DNA of 64,000 nucleotides from Basidiobolus meristosporus CBS 931.73. Its lineage: Eukaryota > Fungi > Basidiobolomycota. The translations under genes were made by a program, and so were the position numbers. Positions 1-12,800 of the stretch are shown here, piece after piece. Location: NCBI GenBank assembly GCA_002104905.1, contig MCFE01000339.1, positions 28,073 through 92,072 of the forward strand. Reading direction: 5' to 3'. The notes beneath the pieces were generated by a model. It was not told where the DNA came from and ran no database searches. It saw nothing but the letters and a program-made list of their open reading frames with translations. Each line of letters begins with the position of its first letter. Within the stretch, counting starts at the first letter, position 1.

Positions 1-416
1 GAGACAAGTTTGAATATCTTGGGTCAAAATTAGGACTAGTCAGTATGAACATTTAGCTGAGTGGGAGTGTTGTAAAAATTTGTAATTCCATCTAAATATT
101 AACCTAACTTAGTTACTTAGATCATCACCCTCAAATCCTAGAGATTACTGACCAAATTCTTTGTTGGGATTTACTTGCAATATTTTCACCAAAATGCCAG
201 GTACCCAAAACATGAAAATTCTCAAAGTTGTCCAAACAGCCCCAAACTTTGCACACATGTTCTTGCAACCTTCCTTAACCTATTCTACGTGTTTGTAATG
301 CCAAGACTAGGTAAAAGTATAAATACTACTTTTACATTCAATAAATCATAAAGTGAAAACCACATAATCTACTTGTTCCCCCAATCACTTCCAATATCTC
401 CAAGACTCTTACAACA
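1..416 (+). mobile_element. 3' end of a Ty1/Copia element (family A): RNase H tail, polypurine tract (PPT) and 3' LTR (68-416)
   Basis: Bases 1-60 match the end of pol in the copy at 5350-5410 (RDKFEYLGSKLGLVS). PPT AGCTGAGTGGGAG precedes a 349-bp LTR running TGTTG...CAACA that is homologous to 1737-2084 and 5421-5764. Confidence 0.92.
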
Positions 417-1455
417 ATATACACATCCTCATCAAGTTAGTCATTCAAGAATGCAGTCTTTATATTCATTTGATGCATAAAAAGCTTATATTTGGTTGCA
501 ATAGACAATATTAATCTGATGGAGTTAATCTTGGCTACTAGTGAAAAGGTCTCAGTATAGTCAAGTCCTTTTATTTGGGAACATCCTTTGGCCACAAGTC
601 CTACTTGGCATCTTGCAATTGTACTATCAGCATTGAATTTAGTCTGAAAGATCCATATGCATCCAATTGCGTTTTGGACAATTGGTTATTAGACCAAGTC
701 CCAAGTTTGATCTTCCATCAGGGCCTGATACTACTCAGTTATTGCAGATTGCCAAAACTTTGTCTGATGGCTATTTAGAGCCTCTTTTACAGTCTGAGGT
801 TCACCAGTATGGATGGAATAAGCATAGGCAAAGTTTGTGCCCTCATTGATATAGCAATTTGGGCTATTTCTTTCCCAGTTGGATCTCCTGGCATTTAATA
901 CTGGAATGGTCACTTTCTGGGATAGTCCTGGGCACTGATTCAGCCTGAAACACAGTTGTAGAGTCCTCTTGAGTGAATAACCTTGCATTCTTTTGCTCTG
1001 ATATAATTCTGAATATTGGCGGACTTGATATCAAATTTTTGTTACCATCAGATGTCACTTTTTGTGAAAATTTTGAGTTTTCATCAAACAACACATATCT
1101 GGACTTGCTCAGCATCTTTACTGTGGAATTGTAGAGTTTGTATGATCTACTCTCATTGCAGTAGCCCAAAAATATGCATTTTACACTTGTTGGCTCAAGT
1201 TTTGACTGGTTTCTGCGCAACTTTTTGGTATATGCTGGGCACCCAAATATTCTTAGATGTTCTGCACTGGGTCTGTATCCATACAATGCTTCAGATGGAG
1301 TAGAATCACAGAGTGCTCTGCTATAACTCCTATTTTTAAGGTATACAGCTATGGTAACTAATTTTGCCCAAAAATCATAGGATAATTTTTGATCATGGAA
1401 AACAGAACTTGCCGTATCAACTGTAAATCTATTTGCACATTCTGCTACTCCATTT
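417..1455 (-). pseudogene. Decayed Copia-A integrase-to-RT fragment, interrupted at its left end by the copy ending at 416
   Basis: Minus-strand ORF remnants (HLRIFGCPAY, CIFLGYCNES, AITE) are colinear with 38160-38996 of the other Copia-A copy. NGVAE-like integrase motif near 1440. Confidence 0.88.
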
Positions 1456-1736
1456 GCTGATAAACAATATTTTATTGGTGCTGTGACAATATTAGCATGG
1501 TATTGTTGCAGTCTTTTTGCTCTCTAAAACTATTTTAAGTGGATCCAGTTGGCCAGGACATCCAATTACCTTATAGAGCAAGAAACATGACGGTACTTCA
1601 ACAGCCTCACAGCAAGACTCTGATGGCATTATAGTGGCAGTATGATTGGCTACCACTGGTTCTGTACAATACTACCGTACCAGTTTACCAAATGGTATTT
1701 CCTTTTTCTACCTCCCCTTGTGCAATTCATATATTC

Positions 1737-4700
1737 TGTTGTAAAATTTGTATTTCCACCTAAATATTCACCTAACTTAATCACTTAAATCATTACCTTC
1801 ATATCCTAGAGAATACAGACCAAATTCCTTGTTGGGACTTACTCAGAATATTATAACCAAAGTACCAGGTACCCAGAACATGAAAATTCTCAAAGTTGTC
1901 CAAACAGCCCCAAACTCTGCACACACGTTCTTGGGACCTCCCTAAGACTATTCTATGTGTGCTTTATGCCAAGACCATGTGAAAGTATAAATACTACTTT
2001 TACAATCAATAAATCATTAAGTGAAAACCACATAATCTACTTGTTCTCCCAATCACTTCCAATATCTCCAAGACTCTTACAAAAGGTTATGAGCCCCAAG
2101 CTGTCACTCTCTGCAGTGTCTACTACTGCTATTACTGGAATTTTTCCCTCTGCTGAAAAGTTAGATGGATCTAACTACCATGTGTGGAAGGTGAAGATGA
2201 AGATGCTGCTACAAGAAAGAGACCTTTGGGATATTGTCAAAGGAGAAGAATTCTCTCCTAAAAATGTGGGAGAGGAAGCTTTGAAGTACTAGAAAAAAGA
2301 ACAAAGTGCCTTTAACTGCATTTGCCTTCATGTTAAAGACAAATTGCTAATTCAGTGCTCAAGAGCAAAACAGCAAAGAATGCCTGGAAGGCATTAGAAG
2401 ACACCTACCAGTCATGTTCAGCTGCTAAGAAAATGTATCTGAGACCAAAATTCTTTACTACAAAGATGCTGCCAGGAGAAGCTCTGAAAATTCTCATTAA
2501 CAGAATTACCCTGCTGGTAGATGAGATGTAATCTGTGGGCATACCAACTACTGATGAGGATGTGATAGTTACCATCCTGAATAGCCTGACAGACAAGTTT
2601 CAGGGCCTTGTATTAGCCCTAGAGTCCAGAACTGAAGATTTGACCTTAAATTATTTATATGGAAGGCTCATGGATGAAGAATTAAGAAAATCAGGCGCCA
2701 ATAAGAAGGAAGAAGAAAATGCTTTAATAAGCAATGATAACCAACAAAGGAGGTACCCAAGACCCTACAAAGGCAACAGCAACCTGTTTTGTAACTACTG
2801 CAAAAGGAAAGGACACATATCAGACCGGTGTCTCAAAAAGAAAGATAATCAGCAAATGAAGCCTGAATACAAAAATGCTGCAACAGCTGAAGATAGACTA
2901 TTCATATCTGCACTAAATATGGCCACAAACAAGGATTCTGAGATGTGATATGTTGACTCTGGAGCATCTCAACAATTTACATACCAAAAAGTGCTTTTTA
3001 CCCAATATCAAGAAATTCAAATTAAGAAGGTTTTCATGAGTGACAATAGAACACTTGATAGAGTGGGAGAAGGAACTATCCAAGTAAACCTAAGAAGCAG
3101 TGAAGGAAGCCATACACTGACCTTTAAAGAAGTACTCTATGTACCAGTAATAGCCAAGAACCTACTATCTGTAAGCAAGGCCACTGCAAAAGGACTAAGT
3201 TTCAGCTTTGACAATTCTGGATGCAAGAGCACTTATCAAAATGGTGCCCATATTGCTTTGGGCATCAGAGATCAGAATCTATACAAGTTGACTTATATTC
3301 CATCATATTTGGAAGCCAATATAAGTAACTTAAATGAAGAAACACCAATGCTCTGGCACAGGAAATTTGGGCACATCAATTTTGATTATTTGCGCAAAAT
3401 GATCAAAGATCAGCTAATTTCTGGAGTAAAAATTGATCCCCCAGCCAGTTTGGAGCACTGTAAAGCCTGGATATATGGGAAACAAGCCAGACAACTGCTC
3501 AAGAGCTCTAGGCTGATCCAAACTAAGAAAAAATTAGATCTAATTCACTCAGATCTGTGTGGACCTATGCAAAATTTATTCTTAGGCGGAATGTAGTATT
3601 TAATCACTCTTACTGATGATTATACAAGATACGCATAGGTATACTTCATGGAGAGAAAGAAGAAGCTCTGTCTAAGTTCAGGGAGTTTAAAGCCATGGTG
3701 GAGAGAGAAACTGATGAAAAAATCAAGAAAATGCGTATTGGCAATGGTGGAGGATATACCTCAAAACTTGTCATCCACTTCTGCAAAATTCATGGGATGA
3801 AGCAAGAGACTACTGTACCATACTCCCCACAGAAGAATGCAGTAGCAGAACATGCTAACAGATCAACAATTGATATGGCAAGATCTATGATCCATCATCA
3901 AATATTATCCTATGATTTTTGGGTGGAATCATTTGACATTGCTGTATATCTTGAGAATAGGAGTTATAACAGAATACTTCATGATTCTACTTCATTTTAA
4001 GCAAGATATGGATACAGACCAAGTGCACAACATCTAAGAATATTTGGGTGTACAGCATATGCCAAGAAACTTCCCAAAAATCAGTTAAAATTTAAGCCAA
4101 AAAGTGCAAATGCATATTTTTGGCCTACTGCAATGAGAGTATAGCATACAGCTAAGCTTTTTATTCATCAATTGTATGTAAAAACTGCATTTTTGAATGG
4201 AGAACTTGATGAGGACGTGTATATAAACTAGCCTGGTGGGTTTGCTGACCAAGATAACCCTCATTTGGTCTGCAAGCTTAAAAAGCCACTATATGGTCTC
4301 CAATAATCACCAAGAGCCTGGAATTGCAAGATAGATTCTTATTTGGAATATTTGGGTTTCAAAAGGAGTAATGCTGACTATAGTATATACTATAAGCCAG
4401 ATAGAGCAAGTCCAGTTCTAATAGCTCTATATGTGGATGATCTTATTATAGCCACCAATAACCTAGAAACATTGGAAGAGACTAAATCCAGTCTATCTAA
4501 GGAGTTCAAGATGTCCAATCCAGGAGAGCTCAGTTACTAATTAGGGGTTAAGTTCTCCATAGACAGAAGTGCCCAGACTATAACCCTAAGTCAATCCAAG
4601 TATATTCAAGATATACTAAAGAAGTTCCAAAAGGAAGACTGTAAACCGGCAGCTATCCCAATGGAGACAAACCTTAACTTGGTCAAAACTCAGCCAAATC

Positions 4701-5764
4701 AAGAGAGCTTGGTGCTATCTGAAAGCTCTGACTTTCCTTATCAATCTATGGTCAGCAGTCTGATGCATATTATGCTTGGAACACATCCAGATATCTCATA
4801 TTCAGTAGGAGATTGTCAGCCAACATAATCTGAAGAAGGATCTGATCATTTTGCAGCAGTTAAGCGGATTTTTAGATATCTAAAAGGAACTGCTGATATC
4901 TGCTTAAGATACACTTTTCAGGATTCAGAACAGGATCTTGTGGGATACTCTGATGCTGATTGGGGACAAGATTTAGAAGACAGAAGATCCACCACAGGAT
5001 ACACCTTTCTTCACTGTCAAGGAGCAATTTCATGGAACTCAAGAAAGCAACCAACCGTTGCACTTTCTACCACAGAGGCAGAGTATATGGCAGCCTGTGA
5101 AGCTAAAAAAGAAGCAATGTGGTTAAGAAAGCTATTTACAGATCTATGCCTATGTCAGAAAAGGCCTATTACTTATTTCAAGATACTCAAGGATGTATAC
5201 AACTGGGTAGAAATCCAACTTTTGATGCTAGAACCAAGCACATAGATATTAGACATCATTTCATATGTGAAGCTATAGAGAATAACTTGGTTAGCTTAGT
5301 TTACTGTCCTACAGATGAAATGATTGCAGACATATTTACCAAATCATTAGCTAGAGACAAGTTTGAATATCTTGGGTCAAAATTAGGACTAGTCAGTAGG
5401 AGCACTTAGCTGAGTGGGAGAGTTGTAAAATTTGTATTTCCACCTAAATATTCACCAAACTTAGTCACTTAGATCATTACCTTCATATCCTAGAGAATAC
5501 TTACCAAACTCCTTGTTGGGATTTACTTGGAATATTTTCACCAAAATACCAGGTACCCAGAACATGAAAATTATCAAAGTTGTCCAAACAGCCCCAAACT
5601 TTGCACACATGTTCTTGGGACCTTCCTAAGACTATTCTATGTGTTTTTTATGCCAAGATCATGTGAAAGTATAAATACTATTACATTCAATAAGTTGTTA
5701 AGTGAAAACCACATAATCTACTTGTTCCCCCATCACCTCCAATATCTCCAAGACTCTTACAGCA
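1737..5764 (+). mobile_element. Ty1/Copia element, family A; both LTRs present, decayed and internally deleted
   Basis: LTRs at 1737-2084 and 5421-5764 (about 92% identical by eye), TSD TATTC on both sides, PBS GGTTATGAGCCC at 2085-2096, PPT at 5409-5420. The flanks rejoin to match the uninterrupted homolog at about 17790-17830. Confidence 0.95.
2089..5409 (+). pseudogene. Copia-A gag-pol pseudogene (stops, frameshifts, and a ~650-bp deletion near 4150)
   Basis: Motifs present: LDGSNYHVW, CNYCKRKGHISDRC knuckle, DSGAS protease, WHRKFGH, HSDLCGP integrase, ALYVDDLII RT and YSDADW/TEAEY RNase H. Confidence 0.92.
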
Positions 5765-6385
5765 TATTCCACTGTAGATTCACCACTCTTTATTTGCTTA
5801 CTCACTACTACCTTGGGTATTCCACATATAGTTTAAATCAAAAATACTATGGCCTACTGCTTACTAACCTTTACAAACACACACACTTGCCGCAATTGAT
5901 ATACTTCTATCACCTCAGCTTTATGACTTTCCTAGCCCCCTTATAGGTGAACTCTGGCTTTCGTTTGTGTGAATTTTGTATTGAACGGTGTAGAAGTTGG
6001 TTTGTGAACACAAGGAATCCAGCATACTTTAGTAGAGTTTTCCTGATAACAATTAGTTACTTGTTGCACCCAACCCAACTTTGCAGTACTTAACTGATTA
6101 CCCATGCATTGGGGCTGCTTAGCTTCTTAATGCCCTAGGCTTAGGTGTCTCCATGTGCACATGTGTCCTCAGTATTTTCCAGCTCTTCCTTGCTGTCCTC
6201 CATGTGCCAGCTTATCACATCCATGATGGATTTGAAGGTAACATGCTTGATGAGATTGGAATATGGTAGTACCTGCAACTTGACGTGTCTTCTTATCTCT
6301 CAACACATCTGCTCCATAGGAAACTCCCAAGAGGTGAAGCAAGACCCAATATTCTCCACACACTGTGCAAGATGGAGTAGAGAAT

Positions 6386-6596
6386 AGACTTGTTCCATTG
6401 TGCCATTGATCATAGTGCTAGAAAGTGCTGTATATTTTGTTACTAATTTGATATTTTAGGGTCATATGCATGTCAATTTTGATCCCAAATTGGCACTGTA
6501 TTGCACTATCTGGCACTCTGTGGCATGATCAGGCACCATCTGCCATACTATGGCACTATTGGGCACTATGATCAGCTGGAATGATGGAACAAGTCT
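6386..6596. mobile_element. 211-bp MITE with AGACTTGTTCCAT termini (short class)
   Basis: Terminal inverted repeat (TIR) AGACTTGTTCCAT / ATGGAACAAGTCT, several ~11-bp-spaced TGGCACTA-like subterminal motifs, flanks AAT / AAC. Confidence 0.85.
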
Positions 6597-6603
6597 AACT
6601 AAT

Positions 6604-6936
6604 TGACTTGTTCCATTGGATAGTGCCACATTGAGTCATGAGTGCCAAATGATGCCATAGTATCCCAGGGAGGCCAAGTGAGCCTATAATTGGCCACAGA
6701 GTGTGAAACATAGCTCTGCATCTTCATGCAAAGCAGCCCCTGTGTTTCACCCATTGTGCTGGAGAAAATCCATTTTTTGAACTTTTTTGTTGAATCAACA
6801 TTGTTCAGGATGTGTGAAAGCACTGAAGGACTGAAGACAGGCATTTGATACTCAATACCCATGGCACTCTGAATCCAGCTCCTGTGACTTGTATCATTTC
6901 ACAAAAATGAATGCACTATCTTTGTCCACTGGTTCT
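6604..6936. mobile_element. Single arm of the 733-bp foldback MITE (truncated)
   Basis: Colinear with 23402-23740 and preceded by AAT. Host transposase sequence resumes at about 6935. Confidence 0.85.
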
Positions 6937-8778
6937 ATCTCCATTCCTTGTGACCAGAAAAACCTGCTATCTTGCTGGTGGCTGGGGTATCACCAATGCA
7001 TATAATAATATGCACTTTTGCATGACAGTCATTGACTGTTATCCTGCTGGGAGGTATACAAAATTCATCCAGCAATGGATACAGGTAGCTCTCCAGGTTG
7101 GACAGTGATTTAGACCAAAATACCAGTGAGACCACCAGCAGATTATTGCTCTGATACCACAAGATGGGTGGCAGATTCAGATTGATGAGAATCAGAGGCC
7201 AGCAGGATTTACTGGCAGAGTACTTCTTTAATGTGAGTCCATCAAGTGCTAAAGCAAAGGCATGGGCATATGTACCTTCAAAGTAGCCCTTGCTTCTTAG
7301 CAGTTTGTAATGCTTGCCATCAAATATATTGGATATGTTTGCACTTGATTGATACTCTGTGTGGTACTGTATAGCTTTGCAATACTTGACTGACTGCATC
7401 AGCTTCCTCAGATGTGGTTTAACCAGAATATATCTGGAGTGTGAACAATGTTTCCCTCAACGGTGGTGGATTCCTAACAATTGGGATACATTGCATCGGT
7501 AGCATTTTTGGATGTGAATGCCATGCAACTGTTAACACATGCTGGAATCAGGACAGTCTCTGGAATCATATGTTGCCAGTGGCATGACAGTTGTCCACTT
7601 GTACCATGTACAGGGTAAGTTGCATCCTGGTGTGATTTTGGCAAGAAGATGTAATAAATCCTGAAAGCCCCCATTACTGATATTAATGGAAACATGCCAC
7701 TTCTCTAGCCACAACATTATATTATTCACCAGTAGATGGATTACAGAGCTCACTTGGCTCCATAGAGTATCCTTGGAATTTGTTTCAACAAGTGCTGTCT
7801 TGTTGCATATAGGGATTTGACCAGGCTCATACATGGTACTGTTGTTAGGGGAGATAGGCTTAAGATCCATCGGTGAACCTTCTGTGTCAGAGCTTCACTC
7901 TGCATGCCATATTCAGAAGGCAGGGGTGAGCCTGAAGGCATCACAAACTCACCTGACTCAGTTTGCGCAAGGTGACAAAGATGGCCAGGTGCTAATATAG
8001 TAGTATCAACTGGTTGGCAAGATAATATCAGTAGAGTAGTGAATGATGAATGGTCAAATATGACTTGTGTAGCAAAACACTGGCCATGATCCTTGTAATA
8101 CTTCTTATGCTATTTGTGTGCTTCATGGCTGAGAGGCTGGCTACAATAGCCACATGGTCTTTTTGTCTACTCTTATGGGTCTATTATCTGAGCCCCCCAA
8201 GTAATATATATATATCTATCCAATTGAACCAAGCAAGACAACAGAAAGATTTGGTAGAAAAAAACATAAGTCTTTATTACCTTGCTACCTTCTATTGGCA
8301 GCTATTCTATGCCAAGTGGTACTGACTTGACCTATTAGCTCTCCCACTCACCAAGTACAGTCAGTAATAACCCACACAGTAGTGACCAATGAATGGTCAA
8401 ATATAACTTAGGTGGTAAAGCACTGGCTGTGGTCCTTGTAAGACTTCCTATGCTGTCTGTGTGCTTCATGGCTGAGAGACTTGCCAAAATAGCCACATAG
8501 TCTTTTTTCTCTTCTCTTATGGCATTGAGTCAAAGAAGTCCTGTCATATGGGGAAAACAATTTGACCTTCAACAACGTAATACTATTATATTACTTTTTG
8601 GTCAATACTCATGTGAACTTAAGACAGTCTTGTATTTGAGACATCACACCCACATGCATGTAAGATTCAATGATGACCTGCCATAATAAGCATTATAAAT
8701 AAAGTTGTGGCACCACATACACATGTATATGTAACACTACTTCCCCTTTGGTTTGACTCACTTCCATACATATGCCAC

Positions 8779-9845
8779 TGTGGTGGTGTATAGGTCCAAG
8801 GGAGAGATACATCCAACATTTCTCAAGTGTTTTGTGTGTGGGGTGTTCACTGGGTGCAATAACCTCTGGCAAAAGCTTTCTAGGAATACTTGGGTTCTGT
8901 CTCTAATCTAATATGAAGGGGAATAACGCCACAAGCTTGTCAAGAGAAAACTATTGAGCTACAATCCCCAACTTAGTTGGGGTCTTAACAAAAGTATGTG
9001 CTGGGTTCAGTGTCCTTTGAGATGACAATGTACTAAAGCTTCCAAAGTCAAAACAACTCTAAACTCCACCAGCAGGGACTTGATAAGAATGCAGCTGTGG
9101 TCAATAGTTACAAATACAGAAAGTATCTTTGCCTGTACAAGAACAAACTTGGGAAAGAATCAAATATAATAAAAGATACCTACTCTGAGTATTCCTCACA
9201 AGTAGTGCCTCCAAGGTCAGTTGGCTGTCAGCGTGGTTTCCTGGGAGTGTCCTGTGGTCTGGGGTTGGAAGTTCCGGTGGCAGCAGGTAGCAGTGATCAC
9301 ACTTATCAACAAGTTGGAATATTGATAAAAGGGATGATGATTTATTGTTGAGGGATAGCCTCCCTTGTATACTTTTCTTACTGGCTAAGTGATTACTAAT
9401 CATGGTATTTCAGAAGGTTCCGGATATCAATAGAAACCTTAATGACATCAGAATGACCTAAGAGTGTTCTTAGTAGGTGCCGGAAGGTTCTAAGAGGCAC
9501 AGCACATCCAACCAATCAGGAATCAGTATTCTGAAACCTGCATAACATAGGGATACCATATATGGTGTGGAAATGATAGTGATGGTGACACAGGTTAATC
9601 ATGTGTCATGGGTACTGGCACGGGTACTCGTCTAATATAGAAGCACTTATAGCTAGTAATCTTACATAAAGTGGGGGTAACTTATGCAATAAGGTAAGCA
9701 GGTGTGATAGCCAACCAGCTTATGGATAGTACTGATTGGGTAAGACACATGGGATAAAACTAAAATAGTGTAGTAGAGATATAGGGAAGTAGAAAATAAG
9801 GGAATGAGCACATCTGTCAGTGGGTGTCACTATCACCCCACTACA
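8779..9845. repeat. Solo LTR, 1067 bp (family LTR-B)
   Basis: Ends TGTGGTGG...CCACTACA, TSD CCAC/CCGC. The flanks rejoin to match the empty site at about 14900-14925 (reverse complement). Confidence 0.85.
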
Positions 9846-12800
9846 CCGCTGAAAAATAAAGCAAAGCCATCTGGTTCCCAACCAAACCTCACCACTGATA
9901 GCAACAGACAAACGGTTTGACAACTGCTTGCCTTGACATTCAGTGCAATAAGCAGGCTACATCCAAAAAGGCCCTGTGGATAGTGTGCCCATTGAAGGTA
10001 ATAATGTGGACTCCTCCGGCACTCAGTCAAGTAGGGAATTGAGAACCTTGGCCAAGCTACAAGCTTACCATTATGCTCAGGCAGATGAGAATGTAGCAAA
10101 TGCAGTACCCTCAGTTGAAGACTGGCAAGTGGTGATGATAACATCACCACCACCCATATTAGCAAGTATGTTGTCAGGTCATACTGAAGCATTAATGCAG
10201 CCATTAAGTGCAATGGCTGATAGGATAAATGCAATGGCCCAGGGAGATCAGGAAATAATCCAGAAACATGATGAGCAAATAAAACATTTAGAGCAATCAA
10301 TATCTCAGGTAGGGAAAGCAGTATCATTACTGCAAAGAAGGAACTCAAGTAGCCGAATGCCACAGCCAAGAATTGAGCTATTTCCCAATGTAACAGCAGA
10401 GGAACACCTTACAGTCTTTGAAGCACAACAACAGTGCCCAAAGATAAAGCCCACAGAAAAATCTATTGCAATGTGGGAGGGGGACAATTTGGTGTTTATA
10501 CCTAAGCCTAAAAATCAATAGACATTGGAGATCTGTGAAGCCATTGAGTGCAATAATGAAGAGTGGGCTAACAAACAAGAGGCCATCAGAAGTCTAGCAC
10601 ACCATCACCTTAAGGCCAGTGTACCATGGGACCATTAGGAACTCAAGGCCAAGCAGAATGCACTTGACTTGCTCCATGAGCATTATCCTGGATTGAAATG
10701 AGCAAACAGATTTTGGGCCAGCATTGGCATACTAGGAAAGTATCATAAGAATAGCAGAAACTATCAAAGGCAGAAGAATCAGGTTGTCATGGCTTAAAAC
10801 CAGTGGCTTCCTGAAGAGCTTGTTACCAGTAGGGGCAAAAGCTCCAGAAAAGCATCAATGTGACATTAGGTAGCTGGAAGAGTACCAGTTAGGGACAAGC
10901 AGGCAGACATGGATGCGCCAGCACAACATCTATCAAGGAAAAAGTGTACCACTCAAGAAGCACTCAGTCAAAGTAGCAGTGAAGGACCTGGCAGTGATAA
11001 AAACCAGCCACTGTGGTGGTGTATAAGTCCAAGGGAGAGACACGTCCAACATTTCTCAAGTGTTTTGTGTATGGGGTACTCACTGGGTGCAATAACCTCT
11101 GACAAAAGCTAGCTAGGAATACTTGGGTTCTGTCTCTAATCTAATGTGATGGGGAATAAAGCCACAAGCTTGTCAAGGGAAAACTATTGAGCTACAATCT
11201 CCAACTTAGCGGGTGCCATAACAAAAGTATGTGCTGACTTCAGCATCCTTTGAGATGACAATGTACTAAAGCTTCCAAAGTCAAAACAACTCTAAACTCC
11301 ACCAGCAGGGACTTGATAAGAATGCAGCTGTGGTCAATAGTTACAAATACAGAAAGTATCTTTGCCTGTACAAGAACAAACTTGGGAAAGAATCAAATAT
11401 AACAAAAGATACCTAGGCTGAGTATTCTGCACAAGTAGTGCCTCCAAGGTCAGTTGGCTTTAGGTGTGGTTTCCTGGGAGTGTCCTGTGGTCTGGGGTTG
11501 GAAGTTCATGTAGCAGCAGGTAGCAGTGATCACACTAATCAACAAGTCAGTATATTGATAAAAGGGATGATGATTTATTAATGGGGGATAGCCTCCCTTA
11601 TACACTTTTCCTACTGGCTAAGTGATTACTAATCATGGTGTTCCAGAAGGCTCTGGAGATCAGTAGAAATCTTAATGACATCAGAATGAGCTAAGAGTAT
11701 TCTAAGTAGTTGCCAGAAGGCTCTAAGAGGCACAGCACATCCAACCAATCAGGAATCAATATTTAAAACCTGTGTAATATAGGGATACCATATATATGAT
11801 ATGAAATGGTAGGCATGGTGACATGGGTTGATTTTGTGTCATGGGTACTGGGAGAGGGACTTGCCTAATATAGAAGCATTATAGCTAGTAATCTTACATA
11901 AAGTAAGGGATAACTTATGCAATAAGGTAAGCAGGTGTGATAGTCAACCGGCTTATGGGATTGTACTGATCAGGTAAGACTAATGGGATAAAACTAAAAT
12001 AAGTGTAGTAGAGCTATAGGGAAGTAGAAATATGGGAATGAACACATTTGTCAGTGGGTATCACTGTGACCCCACTGCACCACTTTTACAGGAGCCCATC
12101 ATAACTACAGTTGAGAGCTTAAAACAAGCAGAAATGAAATGTCAGGTTGCCAGAAGAGTGCCCGCAAGGGACAAGCAAGCCAAAACATATGCCTCAGAGC
12201 AGAATGTATCCAGGAGAAAACGTATTTCTTTACAAGAAGCACTCATACAAAGTATCAGTGAAAGACCTGGCTGTAATAAAGGAAAAGGTAAAGGGAAAAA
12301 TGTCTACCCAAACCTGAGACAGAGAGGTATGCAAAAAGAACTGCAGCTCTTACCAATTAATGCCACAAGTGGTGAACAGACTGAGTCCCATCATAGCCAA
12401 GAAGAATTACAAACAAGAAAACAATTGTTTTCACAAGAGCTGGAAGTGCAGCCAGTTGAGTTACACTCCAGCAAGGTATATGAGTTTGCTGAATAAGACA
12501 ATTTGTCTACCACAGCCTCCACAACCTCCATAACCTCCATTGTTGACAGAGTGGGGATCCCACTGACAGACAAGGCTGCAATGTCAAGAGCTCAAATGAC
12601 TCTCACAATGCATTTAGTGGAGCTTTGGAACATCAATAGGCGCACCAAGAGGCTGCAGAACTTCTTCAAGAGCAGTGCTCAACAAAATGCACTGGAATAT
12701 TGCAAGGATTGATTGCAAAGAGTGGCAGATGAGGTGGTTGACCTTGCAGTGCCAGCTCAAGACCAGGACATGTGGGAATCAGTGAATGAACAGTGGCATA

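Larger units (their letters stand above)
5770..7990 (-). pseudogene. CACTA-type (Transposase_21/Tnp2-like) transposase remnant
   Basis: IFDGKHYK..ALALDG..KSCWPLILINLNLPP..YLYPLLDE and IGDTPATSKIAGFSGH are typical of EnSpm/CACTA transposases. The remnant continues at 1460-1736. Confidence 0.8.

Noticed and set aside
6470-6575. Short regularly spaced TGGCACTA repeats resembling a CRISPR or satellite array
   Set aside because: Units are about 11 bp with no unique spacers. They are subterminal motifs of a TIR element in a eukaryotic context.
9097-9403. ORFs inside LTR-B (also 53169-53489)
   Set aside because: Starts and stops differ between the three copies and there are no motifs, so they are treated as incidental.
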